In this document: piece by piece, positions 1 through 10,397 of the stretch
How positions within the stretch are numbered: the first letter of the stretch is position 1
Layout of the letters: every line of letters starts with the position of its first letter
Source of the DNA: a virus
DNA length: 64,000 bases
Virus record (IMG/VR): IMGVR_UViG_3300032360_000001
Span: 1-64,000 of that record
Strand: one strand, 5' to 3'
Notes under the pieces: model-generated
Told to the model about the DNA's origin: nothing
Seen by the model: the letters and a program-made list of their open reading frames with translations, nothing else
The model's database searches: none
Position numbers and translations under genes: made by a program

Positions 1-640
1 GTAACTATCGGTCCCCGTAATGTAGACCGTTCCAGTTGCATAACTGGTGGTTCCTGTTACATAAGCCGTCCCGGTTACGTAGCTGATACCCGAGGCATAT
101 ACGGTCCCGGTTGCGTAGGTTATGCCTGTGGCATAAGTTGTGCCAGTTATATAACTGACCCCTGTGGTGTAGATATTTTCTCCGGTTATGTATTGGGTTC
201 CCGTGGCATAGGTCGTTCCCGTCGCGTAGGTCGTCCCCGTTGCGTATATTGCGCCGGTTGCGTAGGTCGTTCCAGTTACGTAACTGATCCCCGTGGTGTA
301 AATGTTTTCGCCTGTTATGTATTGGGTTCCCGTGGCGTAAGCGGTGCCACTTATGTATTGAGTCCCCGTGGTATAAGCTGTACCCGTTATGTGCTGGGTT
401 CCCGTGGCGTAAGTTATACCCGTCGCGTAGGTGGTCCCCGTTGTGTAGATTGTACCCGTGGCATAGATCGTGCCCGTCGCATAGGTTGTTCCTGTGGTAT
501 AGACCGTACCCGTTGCGTAAGTTGTTCCAGTTGCGTATGTGTTGCCTGTAGAGTAAGTGATTCCTGTTGCGTAAATGTTACCCGTTGCATAGACTATGCC
601 TGTAGAATAGGTCGTGCCCGTTATATATGCGGTACCTGTT
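1..640 (-). repeat. Coding tandem repeat, mostly 18-bp/6-aa units TG-x-x-Y-x, about 35 copies, continuing off the window
   Basis: Translation reads TGTAYI TGTTYS TGIVYA TGNIYA TGITYS TGNTYA TGTTYA TGTVYT..., with occasional 7-aa units; codons are synonymously diverged. Confidence 0.9.
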
Positions 641-3600
641 ATTCTGCTATTGTCTCCGGTTATCCTAACGTCATTCCCGCTTATGTAGTTTGTTCCCCCG
701 GTTATAAAAAATTGTTGTCCAGATACTGTATTTGCACCGTCTGTAATAAATACAGTCGTACCGGTCACATCTGTATATGTCGAATCGCTTATCGACACTG
801 TCCCAAAGTTGTCAAGGTCAATATTCGAACCTGTTATATACGTGGTGGAATTGGGCTGAGCAACCACGCTTACCAAGGCTCCAGAAACATAACTATTTCC
901 GACGGACAGCATGGAAAGAGTTGAGTCGTCTATGTTTGCGTTTCCGAAAGACTGTACGATACTATCTTTAAGCTCATTTATTTCGGTGTTTAAACTATTA
1001 ACATCAATCGTTCCCCCCGACACGTAGGTGTTACCATCCCCCGTGATGGTCACGGTACTGCCCGTTATGAAGCCGTTATTAATAGTTACAAATCCAGTTA
1101 CGAAATTCTGATCTCCAGATACGGTTATATCAGAACCGGTTATGAAAAGGTTCCCGCCGGTGTTATATACTTTGTAATTTGTGCCTGTTAAATTGACAAC
1201 GCCGCCGGATTGATTATATATGCCTATTCCGTCCCCCGTAATTCCCATGCTAGCTCCGCTCTGCATACCTGATACGCTAAGCGTCTCTACTCCGGTTATA
1301 AGAATAAGACCAGTTATATTATTAAATATACTAGTACCCCTGTAGATTCTTGGAGAGCCCCCTTCTAGGTTGAAATTTTCAATTACATTATCTGCAATTG
1401 TTTCCACTACGGCTCCCGCGGCCACGGTAATATTGTCAGAATCAGTTACGGTGACGGTGCTTCTGTCGATCTCTGCGCTTTCCGTAATCACGCTGCTCAC
1501 TGTGTTGCTATTTGCAGTTAATCCTGTTACAATTATTTGATTACCCGTAACTGACTGGATAACCCCCCCGGTTATATAATTTATGTCGCCGGTTACGCTC
1601 ATGTATGCACCATCCTCATTAATGAGCATATTGTATGTCGTATTTGTGCCCCCAGTAATACTTACATTACCGCTTTGGAGAAGCGCGCTTGTTGACCCGC
1701 CTGTTACATATAAATCACTTCCGCTTTGTACTGTTATGGTATTGACTCCTCCAGTAACCCCTATTCCTACCCCACTGAATATACTGGCTCCACTTTGCAC
1801 GAAAATGTGACTGCCAGTGACAAAGTTCGTTTGCCCGCTTAAGTTGACAGTTGACCCTGTTACAAACACAGACCCAGAGTTTGCCGTGATTGATCCCGTC
1901 GAATTCTGGAAACTTATATGCGCAGCGTTGGTCATTACCGCGCTTATGTTGCCTCCACTGGTTGCCATCAAGTTTCCTGATACCGTGGCGGTACCAGAAG
2001 TAAACAAATTTGTCCCTCCTGTTATGTTAATTGGTTGTTCTTTTGCAGAATAGAATACACCCGTGGAACTAGTCACGCTAATATGCTCTCCGCTAAATAC
2101 ACCCGTAGAATTTGATACGATCACTCTCCCCCCCGTTGCGTGAACGTTTTGTGATTGTCTTATATCAAAATTAATACCCGTAGCATCTATTCTTCCGGTG
2201 TGCAGGGTCAGCGTATTAGAATCGAAAAAGTTTCCACTAAAATAAAGAACACCAGTATCAAATTCTATATTTGTGGTGGAGCCTCTTCCGCTCACAATTA
2301 AACTGTTTATTTGGTGACCTGTTATGTTTACGGTCTCACTGTCGTTTGCAAAAATTGTTTCGGGGCCTTCTACGGTGACAAGCTGCGCGCTGTTTATTGA
2401 TCCTGCATTTCCGGTAATGTTTACCGTCGTTCCAGTAAGGCTTGACAAGGAGAAAGACGCGTTAGCGGTTATGTTCGCTGTCCCCGTGAGCGACGCATTG
2501 ACTGTCCCTCCTGTTACGTTTATGGTCGGACTTGTGCCGGTTATGAACGCCGTTGCTCCATCATTTATATTAAACGCGCTAGTGCTTAGAGTCGTACCGC
2601 TTATAGTCCCTAATATCGAAATGTCTGTTCCCGAAATATACTTTATTACCCCGTCGCCTGTATTGTAAATTACATTCGAGGTTCCACTTATACTTGTCGA
2701 TCCAGTGGGGTAAATAGTATTTACCGAATTGTAAATTTGTACACCATCCGTAGAGACGGTATGCGTACCACCAGTCATGGTAACATTTCCTGTTATCGTG
2801 TGGCCTCGACCCCCGGTTATATATACCCTTCCCTGACCGGTATTGGCATATATGATTATATCTTCTCCCCCAGTGATGTAACTCACTGTTCCCTCGTTTG
2901 CCACAAACACATTTGGTGCCAGCGAATAAGCCTTCACCTCAGAACCGGGCTCGTTGAATAGGTTCGTGGCGGTAGCTAAAGCTTGGTTATAAATGTGGGT
3001 TGAGACACCAGAGTACTCGTTTCTTACTGAAGATACAGAGCCGGTTATGCTTACATCGCTGTCGTATATATTATAGTTTTCTATCTGTAACTCGTCTACG
3101 CTACCCGTGAATTGGATCGCTGTCCCGGTTGACAAATCAGTCATGGTCAGATTCTGGCCAGATCCGGTCATGAACAGATTTATATTATACTGAATTGGTG
3201 TCGGGACTATAGTGTCAGTAAATTGCCGTATGAGTATCTCTTCCGCTACGTTTGGCGTTTGAGAGAAGACCACCCCCGTAAGATTGTCTATTGTGTAGTC
3301 TGTTGTCGGGGTTAGCGTCGATCCATCAAGAGAGACCCAAACGTTTTTAATGTTGTCTTCTGTTAATTCAAGGTGGAATGCATTTGTTACCCCATCTCCC
3401 ACGTGAGATGCGGACCCAGCTACATTTCCAACCCCTGTTCCTTCCCCGAACCGTAGAGTCAAGTCTCTTCTTACTCCAGAAAGGTCAAACTGTATATTGG
3501 TTCCTGTTATATTTTGAAAAAGATATTCTGCTGCAGGCAAGACCTCATCATCGTTAATGAAAAATTGAGCCCCCGATCCAGACAGGAACATTTTATTGTC

Positions 3601-6600
3601 CCTAATCAAAGCATAGTTTCCAGTATTTCCAAACTCAGATACCCGTAATGCCCCACCTGATATTTCCAAGTCTCTTTGCGGTACTACTATGGAAGTAAGC
3701 CTTCTGTAATTTTCATAAACATTATCTTGCGAAAGCGCTCCAGAATATAAGTGAACATTCTTTAGGAGCCCCTTGATGTGCTTTGTCGTGCTCGAGTTCG
3801 TTAATATATGAAAATCCTTTATGGGCACGCTTGGGTCTACGTAATCAATAGTTTTTGATCCTACGCTATCCGAGCTAACAAGAGCTCCATCTAGGTATAA
3901 GCTGTGAGTACTTCCATCCCAAGTTGTGTTAACAACGGAATACTGTCCGGTCTCTACTGGGTCGGTAAATAATGTAGATGATTTATCATCTGGATCTCCT
4001 CCCTCGTTAAATGTTACCTTTGAATAAAATCTCTTGTTTACGTCGAAGGTTATCTCATAGGATGCCGCTACCGTACCATGAGTATTGGGCACCTGTATAA
4101 GCGGGTCTCCAACCGTTCCTCCTAACTCTAGTGGCATAAACATGACCCCAAGAGTAAATGTTTCCGGCTTCAGGTCGTCTGTTATCGGAATTATTGCGTG
4201 CTGATCAGTTCCATCAAATTCAAGAGTGTTAGTAATTAATGCTGGAGAATTATAAAGTGTCGCGTCGTGGTTGTAGGTAGTGAGGTCTTGCCAAGTTCCG
4301 TCGCCGGTATAACTGTTTTTCGTTTCGGCGCTTAGGTGAAGAAGTTTATTCTCTAGTATTATTGCCTTGTGAAGCTTGTGCTCTATTGTGTCTTCTATGG
4401 GTACTGAGTCAACAAAGTATCTTCCAGACACGTTGACGTTATTTTCTACAACCGTATCCCCCAACACGGTTAATTTACCATATACGGTGGTGTCACCTTC
4501 GTATACTATGAAATCTCCAAGCTGACTTGACTCTGCGCCGATCTGATCGGTGGTTACTCTGACCTTAAAGTCCTGCGGGAACGTAACTAAACCTGAAGGA
4601 ACGAGTCCGGTTAAGTATGTTCCACCTGCGCCGTCATCAAGCTTGGCCCATATGGGTGAACTATATACATCACCATCTAAATTTGATATAAACTGAAAAT
4701 CAGAAGCGTGATGAAGCATTTCTCCATAGACATAAACTACCGTTTTTCCGACCACCCCCTCTTTCGGGTCGAAACTCGTCATTGTTGGAGACTTAATAGC
4801 ATTTAATAGGCCCAAAGAACCCATGTCCGCATTGGAATCTGACGAAAATGCTGATTGAGCAAATAGTGTTCCGCTTGCGTTTCCTGTGCCCGCTGGGATT
4901 GGAAAGTCAGAAGGAATCTGAAAATATAAATTATTGTATTCTTTGTTCGCTAAACTACTACTGGCGTCGTACTGGTCAAAATTCGATATTCCATACCCAC
5001 TGTCTCTCATAAACAAACCAGTTACGTTTGCCAATCCAGTGCCGTATAGCCTTATTTGTTGGCCGCGGTATCCACTTGTGGGTTCCGTAAATCCTACGGC
5101 TAATATTTCTGGCTCAATTATAATTGGAAGCCTGAATAATAAATCGTTTCCTAATCTTTGGTAAGTTTCCGTACCTGTCCATCCGCTATAAAAGCTTCCT
5201 TCTTTCTTGTGGATGTTTGTGGTTCCGGCTGCCCCACTCCAGTAGAATAAGTCCTCGGCGGTTACTTGTCCGTCTTGGTTTACATCAACCGTATCGTAGA
5301 ATCTTGGTGTCCCTGCTATGTTTTCTCTATATAATTGCCTAAGTGGCTTAGCAAAGCTCTGTTCGAAAATTGTTTGGCCACTTTTGTATACGGTGTCTTC
5401 GTCTAACCAGAAGAATAAAAATCCTGTTCCTACGAAATTGTCTGATATTGTTATTGGTATGTTATATAGGCCGGTTTTCTTCACGCCCTCGTCTCTTAGC
5501 CCGCTTGTATGTATGTGTCTTCTTATCTCTGCATTCCATATGTGCCCTAATGGATCGGAGTTATCTAGCAACTCGAATGGACTGTTCGGAATGAAGTAAT
5601 CCCCCAGATTAAACCAAGTGGCCTCGCTTCCGTCTTGAAAAAGCAGGTCTTGTCTCGTGCTGAATTTACTAAGAAACTCTATTTCTCTGCTTCCCGCATC
5701 TTCTTCTCCGGGGTGAGCTAACCCTGTTCCGCTAATTCCTATGGCATTAATGAAGGTTTTTTCGGCGTTTATTCCCGAGACGTATAGTGTTTGTCCTACT
5801 CTAATTGTCGTTGCTGAAATGCCAGATATAGCTGGGTACGCAGTTATATTTGTCGACAGGTCCTGATAGTCAGTTACAGTAAGGTCAATATCCGCCTTGT
5901 CTCGCCTTGACGTAAATAGCCTCGCGTCTTCGAGAAGGCAAGCTGGAATTTGAATCTCTACATACTCCGCGCCATCTGCCCCATACTTATATACATCATC
6001 TCCGTTTAATGGTTTTATGTAATCCCACGTTGGGTGCTTGTTTAGTCTGACTTCGGCAGCTGCATCAAAAACTCCTCCGCCTACTCCCCCTCCTTGAGTT
6101 TTCAAAAAGGATGGGCCTTCTTCCGCTGATGAAAATGACCCTACCCCACTAGAGATATTCGACATATCCATATGTCCACTTGAATACCCCTGAAACCAAT
6201 ATTTGGACTGATGAGTATCTGACCCACTTAGTATTATCGAATCCCCGTATATGCCTGTCCCGGGTTGAGCAAGATCCAGTGACACTACTTCGAAAACCTC
6301 TATTGGCAAAACGCTTTGCGCGTTTGTAAATTCGCCCATGAGCATGGGCTTGCCGTCTTCTGCGTCTATGGGTACTCTTATGTTTAATCCCGTCTTTGGA
6401 AAATCAAATCCCGTCGGCTCGAGTAAGGAATAGTAACTGTCCGGGGATACCGCCACTGTTGTCTGGGTATCATTTTTCCCCGTAAACCTTACCCCTGTAA
6501 CCAACTCCAAATTCGCACCAGATATTTTTAGGAAGTCGCTTCTTGCAACTAAGTCCGGATAATGACCACTGTAAAATATGCTATCTGGTATTGTCTGAAA

Positions 6601-8340
6601 CCTTTCCGTGGTGGTTACCGTTCCACCTGCTGCGGATACCCTTATTGGGGCTTCGAGTTCGCGATACAAATAATCATTAGTTAAGTAAGTGTGCTTCGGC
6701 GGTATTTCAAAACTTATTCCAGTTCCCCTTGACCCCAGAGTAGAGTAGGTCGTTACCGGTGTATTACCATGGTAAATTGATAGTAAGTTTACCAAGCTTG
6801 TTCCGCTTATTATCACTGTGCTTTCGTGTGCTCCAGAAGTAGGAGAAAATCCAGAAATTTCTGGTTCAGCAAAGAACCCGAAATACTGCCCCTCTGGACT
6901 TGTGGATTTTCCGACGCTGTTATCCACAACTATGGCGAAGTTGGAATCTTCAGACAAACCGGGAACGTACACGCTCATTACCTGAAGGCCAGTATCGGGA
7001 GTACCCTCTATTCCCGATATGCTTGCTGATATATTCCCAGAGAAGCCTCCGTGATCAACCAACCCACTAAAATATACAGCCGTTTCGGAATCATCAAAGA
7101 ATCCGCTACCAGTTATGTCTATTTTGTTTCCTTTAAAATCGCTTTTCGGTGAAAATCCTTTTACAAACGGGGGGTACTTTATGTATAAAGAGTCTTGTCC
7201 AGTTACAGATCCCCTTGGGGTTTCTATTACTATGTCGCAGTCTCTGTATCTTCCCGTTCCTGTTGGCAGGGTAAAGTCTATTTGGGTGTTGCTTTTGTTC
7301 GTTCCGTATGATATTACTAGCGAGTTAATTAAGTTTTCTTTATGATCTCCGTCTCTTTGCCCTGTTGGGTAGACATACAAGCCTGTAGTGTTGCCAAAAA
7401 ACTCTCCAGACATCGTTACGTAGTCGCCTCGATCACGTACTATGGAATGATCCCGATTCCCTCCATGGCTGCCCGCGGGTTTGCCAGTAACTGGAGTTAC
7501 TGACGATATAACGGGTGGCCCGGGAATCACATAAAAATCAATCCCGCTAGCATGATAACCCCCAAGTGAACTTCTTATTGACAGAAGACCTGAGTTCGCG
7601 CTTGAGGGTATCTTACCGGTTAGCCCTGTCGTTCCTACTAGCCCAAATCCGGTCTCTGCCCCATTGAAATCCACCAACCAACGGTTATAGTCTTGACTAG
7701 ACGAGTCGGTTGACGCCCTTACTAAAGCCCCTGTTACGAAGTTTTCTCCAGAAATTACGACATCATCAAATGGCTGCTCTCCCCCTCCGGGTCTATGCCT
7801 CTCCCCAGAAGAGGGTTGAACCCCCGTGATTATTACGTTTGTTTTCATCGTGGGGTACGTAGCACTCAGCCCGCTTTGCCCCACTATTTTCAAAGGTCCA
7901 TCTATATGCCCATAAGGGACAGTGAGTGGCAGAAAATTTATATCGACCATTCCGCTGTGCACGGTTGTCGCCGGCAATTGCCCTGTGCCAAAAAATGCCC
8001 CAGTAACCCCCGACAACGCTTGACCACTCACGCTCATTTGTGATCCGGGGACTGGCCTTTCCGTGGTTACCCCTAAAATTTGGGGCATTGGGACAAAATA
8101 TTCGCTTGCAGTTCCTGTTTGCTTCCTAAGTGTAGAGCCTACCTTTGGGTTCCCCCATTGAGCGGCTGATGGAATTGTGGCAATTAATAGCTCTTCATTA
8201 ACCCAATCGAAATTAGCAAAAACATAGTCTATCCCGCCGATGGTATCCGCATTAGGTTTATAGGGGAAAGAGACGCTGTCGATTTGGACAAACCCCTGCC
8301 CTTCGATCCTAACTGTCTGGCCTATTATTCCTGATGACAT
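1..8340 (-). CDS. Giant tail fibre/adhesin, >2780 aa, 3'-truncated by the window edge (about 10 IPT/TIG domains, LamG domain, beta-helix, hexapeptide repeats)
   Basis: ATG at 8340 (MSSGIIGQTVRIEGQGF). Every stretch I translated, down to base 1, is open in this frame, and the ORF track lists no minus-strand ORF here, as expected if there is no stop codon. It contains IPT starts (PPFVKGFSPKSDFKGNKIDITGSGF, EPEISGFSPTSGAHESTVIISGTSL), a LamG domain at ~4350-3710 (LLHLSAETKNSYTGDGTWQDLT...LEFDGTDQ) and TGxxYx repeats below ~640. Confidence 0.9.
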   Translation of the reverse strand, partial: MSSGIIGQTVRIEGQGFVQIDSVSFPYKPNADTIGGIDYVFANFDWVNEELLIATIPSAAQWGNPKVGSTLRKQTGTASEYFVPMPQILGVTTERPVPGSQMSVSGQALSGVTGAFFGTGQLPATTVHSGMVDINFLPLTVPYGHIDGPLKIVGQSGLSATYPTMKTNVIITGVQPSSGERHRPGGGEQPFDDVVISGENFVTGALVRASTDSSSQDYNRWLVDFNGAETGFGLVGTTGLTGKIPSSANSGLLSIRSSLGGYHASGIDFYVIPGPPVISSVTPVTGKPAGSHGGNRDHSIVRDRGDYVTMSGEFFGNTTGLYVYPTGQRDGDHKENLINSLVISYGTNKSNTQIDFTLPTGTGRYRDCDIVIETPRGSVTGQDSLYIKYPPFVKGFSPKSDFKGNKIDITGSGFFDDSETAVYFSGLVDHGGFSGNISASISGIEGTPDTGLQVMSVYVPGLSEDSNFAIVVDNSVGKSTSPEGQYFGFFAEPEISGFSPTSGAHESTVIISGTSLVNLLSIYHGNTPVTTYSTLGSRGTGISFEIPPKHTYLTNDYLYRELEAPIRVSAAGGTVTTTERFQTIPDSIFYSGHYPDLVARSDFLKISGANLELVTGVRFTGKNDTQTTVAVSPDSYYSLLEPTGFDFPKTGLNIRVPIDAEDGKPMLMGEFTNAQSVLPIEVFEVVSLDLAQPGTGIYGDSIILSGSDTHQSKYWFQGYSSGHMDMSNISSGVGSFSSAEEGPSFLKTQGGGVGGGVFDAAAEVRLNKHPTWDYIKPLNGDDVYKYGADGAEYVEIQIPACLLEDARLFTSRRDKADIDLTVTDYQDLSTNITAYPAISGISATTIRVGQTLYVSGINAEKTFINAIGISGTGLAHPGEEDAGSREIEFLSKFSTRQDLLFQDGSEATWFNLGDYFIPNSPFELLDNSDPLGHIWNAEIRRHIHTSGLRDEGVKKTGLYNIPITISDNFVGTGFLFFWLDEDTVYKSGQTIFEQSFAKPLRQLYRENIAGTPRFYDTVDVNQDGQVTAEDLFYWSGAAGTTNIHKKEGSFYSGWTGTETYQRLGNDLLFRLPIIIEPEILAVGFTEPTSGYRGQQIRLYGTGLANVTGLFMRDSGYGISNFDQYDASSSLANKEYNNLYFQIPSDFPIPAGTGNASGTLFAQSAFSSDSNADMGSLGLLNAIKSPTMTSFDPKEGVVGKTVVYVYGEMLHHASDFQFISNLDGDVYSSPIWAKLDDGAGGTYLTGLVPSGLVTFPQDFKVRVTTDQIGAESSQLGDFIVYEGDTTVYGKLTVLGDTVVENNVNVSGRYFVDSVPIEDTIEHKLHKAIILENKLLHLSAETKNSYTGDGTWQDLTTYNHDATLYNSPALITNTLEFDGTDQHAIIPITDDLKPETFTLGVMFMPLELGGTVGDPLIQVPNTHGTVAASYEITFDVNKRFYSKVTFNEGGDPDDKSSTLFTDPVETGQYSVVNTTWDGSTHSLYLDGALVSSDSVGSKTIDYVDPSVPIKDFHILTNSSTTKHIKGLLKNVHLYSGALSQDNVYENYRRLTSIVVPQRDLEISGGALRVSEFGNTGNYALIRDNKMFLSGSGAQFFINDDEVLPAAEYLFQNITGTNIQFDLSGVRRDLTLRFGEGTGVGNVAGSASHVGDGVTNAFHLELTEDNIKNVWVSLDGSTLTPTTDYTIDNLTGVVFSQTPNVAEEILIRQFTDTIVPTPIQYNINLFMTGSGQNLTMTDLSTGTAIQFTGSVDELQIENYNIYDSDVSITGSVSSVRNEYSGVSTHIYNQALATATNLFNEPGSEVKAYSLAPNVFVANEGTVSYITGGEDIIIYANTGQGRVYITGGRGHTITGNVTMTGGTHTVSTDGVQIYNSVNTIYPTGSTSISGTSNVIYNTGDGVIKYISGTDISILGTISGTTLSTSAFNINDGATAFITGTSPTINVTGGTVNASLTGTANITANASFSLSSLTGTTVNITGNAGSINSAQLVTVEGPETIFANDSETVNITGHQINSLIVSGRGSTTNIEFDTGVLYFSGNFFDSNTLTLHTGRIDATGINFDIRQSQNVHATGGRVIVSNSTGVFSGEHISVTSSTGVFYSAKEQPINITGGTNLFTSGTATVSGNLMATSGGNISAVMTNAAHISFQNSTGSITANSGSVFVTGSTVNLSGQTNFVTGSHIFVQSGASIFSGVGIGVTGGVNTITVQSGSDLYVTGGSTSALLQSGNVSITGGTNTTYNMLINEDGAYMSVTGDINYITGGVIQSVTGNQIIVTGLTANSNTVSSVITESAEIDRSTVTVTDSDNITVAAGAVVETIADNVIENFNLEGGSPRIYRGTSIFNNITGLILITGVETLSVSGMQSGASMGITGDGIGIYNQSGGVVNLTGTNYKVYNTGGNLFITGSDITVSGDQNFVTGFVTINNGFITGSTVTITGDGNTYVSGGTIDVNSLNTEINELKDSIVQSFGNANIDDSTLSMLSVGNSYVSGALVSVVAQPNSTTYITGSNIDLDNFGTVSISDSTYTDVTGTTVFITDGANTVSGQQFFITGGTNYISGNDVRITGDNSRITGTAYITGTTYSTGIVYATGNIYATGITYSTGNTYATGTTYATGTVYTTGTTYATGTIYATGTIYTTGTTYATGITYATGTQHITGTAYTTGTQYISGTAYATGTQYITGENIYTTGISYVTGTTYATGAIYATGTTYATGTTYATGTQYITGENIYTTGVSYITGTTYATGITYATGTVYASGISYVTGTAYVTGTTSYATGTVYITGTDSY

Positions 8341-8342
8341 GC

Positions 8343-9452
8343 TTACCTTATTCTAGTTATTTGTATAGTAGAAGATAAAGACTTAAATGCCATAGTTGAT
8401 GCATTAGCGTTGTCTCCATTCTTTAAATATATTGTCCCGTCGGCTCCAGCTGTTTCCTCTGGAACTGTGAATCTTATTAAATTGTCGTTAACATATTGAC
8501 ACTCAAACAACTCAAAACTACCAATCCATACATCTGGATAGCTTAAAAAATTTATTCCACTTATGTCTATCGTTTCTCCCGGTGCTCCACCCGTGGGTCC
8601 CCACCCTTCTCCACCATTATCTGGGTGGTCTACTTCTTTCCCTGTTATTTTAGCTAAAAAGCTTGGAGCGTCTTGAGTTACCCGTATTGAGTTTTTTGCA
8701 AAACTTTGATTATCTGCTTGTATATTTTTTACATTTGTAAAGCCCCTAGCCTCGTAGTACACCTGTCTTGACAATGTTTCTCTGTCTCTTAACTCTATCC
8801 CAAGTATCGTGTTTTCCCCTTGCATCCTCATAGCCCCACTTAAGTTATCGATGGTTACGGCTGTTTCTAATTTTTTTGGACCGAAAGAGATGCTGTCTGG
8901 CTTTATGTTATAGAGTCCGGTTCCTGTTACTAAATTATAGACGGGTTTTACGTCCATTGAATAACTGAATGAAGCGTCTACTACCGAAGAGTTGGCGTCT
9001 GTTAGGCCTGTCCCGTTAATCGTCGCGTCTATGAAATTCAGCATGGTTTTGTCTTGACTCGGCTTTTCTGTACTCGGCGTAAACGAGCCTGACCCAAGTT
9101 GGCCTTCAAAATCAAAAAACGCTATCTCCACACTTGCCCGCGCCATGGTGTTGGGTGAGGCGCTTATTCTGTAGCTTGTGAGATGTCCGCTAGGAAAGCT
9201 CATCTGCCCAAAATTTCCTTCTATTCCTATATTTTCTTTATATATTAAATCATGAAAATAATCCTGCCCGGTTAGAACGTATGAAAAAGCCATGGTTCCA
9301 TTTACCGCTTCTGACGCTTGGTAAGAATGAGAGTATTTTTTGCTTGCGAAATACCGCGCTTCTAAGTTGGAATTTATATCAAATGAAAGATTAGCAGCAA
9401 CGAAAGATCGATTGTTTAAAAGTACGGTACAATTTTTATATGTATAAAACAT
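8343..9452 (-). CDS. Tail-tube-fold paralogue (tip/baseplate ring protein) with C-terminal IPT/TIG domain
   Basis: SGHLTSYRISAS and ASFSYSMDVKPVY segments align by eye with the 435-aa tube protein; C-terminal GPTGGAPGETIDISGINF...IRFTVP is IPT-like. Confidence 0.6.
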   Translation of the reverse strand: MFYTYKNCTVLLNNRSFVAANLSFDINSNLEARYFASKKYSHSYQASEAVNGTMAFSYVLTGQDYFHDLIYKENIGIEGNFGQMSFPSGHLTSYRISASPNTMARASVEIAFFDFEGQLGSGSFTPSTEKPSQDKTMLNFIDATINGTGLTDANSSVVDASFSYSMDVKPVYNLVTGTGLYNIKPDSISFGPKKLETAVTIDNLSGAMRMQGENTILGIELRDRETLSRQVYYEARGFTNVKNIQADNQSFAKNSIRVTQDAPSFLAKITGKEVDHPDNGGEGWGPTGGAPGETIDISGINFLSYPDVWIGSFELFECQYVNDNLIRFTVPEETAGADGTIYLKNGDNANASTMAFKSLSSTIQITRIR

Positions 9453-10369
9453 TAATGGTACCTCCTAAGCGTGTACGAGGCTTTTGCGAAATCGTTTGTG
9501 TCTACAGATATGTCCGCGCTTTCTATTTTCATTCCTGAAAAATCAAATTCCATAAAATGCGAAGAAGTGTCGCATAAACCACTTAATGGTTCAATTCTTA
9601 CCCTAGGTGGAGACTCGGCGTCGTATTCATTAAAATATGATCCGTCCTCTAGCTGTCCACTAAATAAAGCCCATCCGCTTTCTCCGTAAAAAGTAACCGG
9701 ATGAGAGTCTGGCCCTTGACCGTCTACATTTATAGAGCAGGTATCTTTAACCACACTCGCGGTCTCCTCTGCGGTTAGAAGTTGTACTTGTTTCGGGTAT
9801 TTTTGCCCCAACACGTAAACTGGATTTATTACCCCCCTAAAATCATAGGAAAAATCATAGACTGGAGCCAATATTGTCCCATCGCTGGCGAGAAGGGACG
9901 TTGTCCAAGAGTGAGCCAAGCCGCTAAAGCTTTCCGCGTACCCTTTGTCAACTATACCTGATCGCTTGATTACCGTACCCGTGGGTGGCACAAACCCCAC
10001 GTATGAAGCGTTAGCTCTGACCAACTCGTTTGATGACACACTTACATTGTAGCTATCTAAGAAGTAGACTCCAGTTACCCCAGCCACGCCTATTACATTC
10101 GGCGGGATATCGTGATAATTTGGGTTTACCGTGTTGTGAACCAAGCTCAAGTAATCTAAAACATTTGCGTAAACCGGATCTTTTTCAACCTCTAAGTAGT
10201 AAGAAAAGCGCACAGCAGCTGCATATTGTCCGTCTGGATCGGATCCTTCCGCGAGGTTTTTGCCCATAGCGCGGACAGCGACAATGGCATTAGAAGTAGA
10301 CAGCGATACCTGCTCGGCCATTACCCCTGTACCGTTTACCACTACATCGCAATTATTGAAAAAAATCAT
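9452..10369 (-). CDS. Tail-tube-fold paralogue (minor tail protein)
   Basis: N-terminus (FNNCDVVVNG) resembles that of the 369-aa neighbour (YKNCTVLLNN); LDSYNVSVSS and FSYDFRGVINPVYVLG match the tube-family pattern. Confidence 0.55.
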   Translation of the reverse strand: MIFFNNCDVVVNGTGVMAEQVSLSTSNAIVAVRAMGKNLAEGSDPDGQYAAAVRFSYYLEVEKDPVYANVLDYLSLVHNTVNPNYHDIPPNVIGVAGVTGVYFLDSYNVSVSSNELVRANASYVGFVPPTGTVIKRSGIVDKGYAESFSGLAHSWTTSLLASDGTILAPVYDFSYDFRGVINPVYVLGQKYPKQVQLLTAEETASVVKDTCSINVDGQGPDSHPVTFYGESGWALFSGQLEDGSYFNEYDAESPPRVRIEPLSGLCDTSSHFMEFDFSGMKIESADISVDTNDFAKASYTLRRYH

Positions 10370-10397
10370 TTACCAAAAACCTTGTGCCTCTTTATCA

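Noticed and set aside
1-640. Possible CRISPR array or DNA-level satellite
   Set aside because: No identical repeats with unique spacers; the periodicity is in the protein and the codons vary.
193-924. 243-aa Cys/Arg-rich plus-strand ORF
   Set aside because: Antisense shadow of the TGxxYx repeat in the giant minus-strand gene; its periodic Cys/Arg comes from reverse-complemented Thr/Ala codons.
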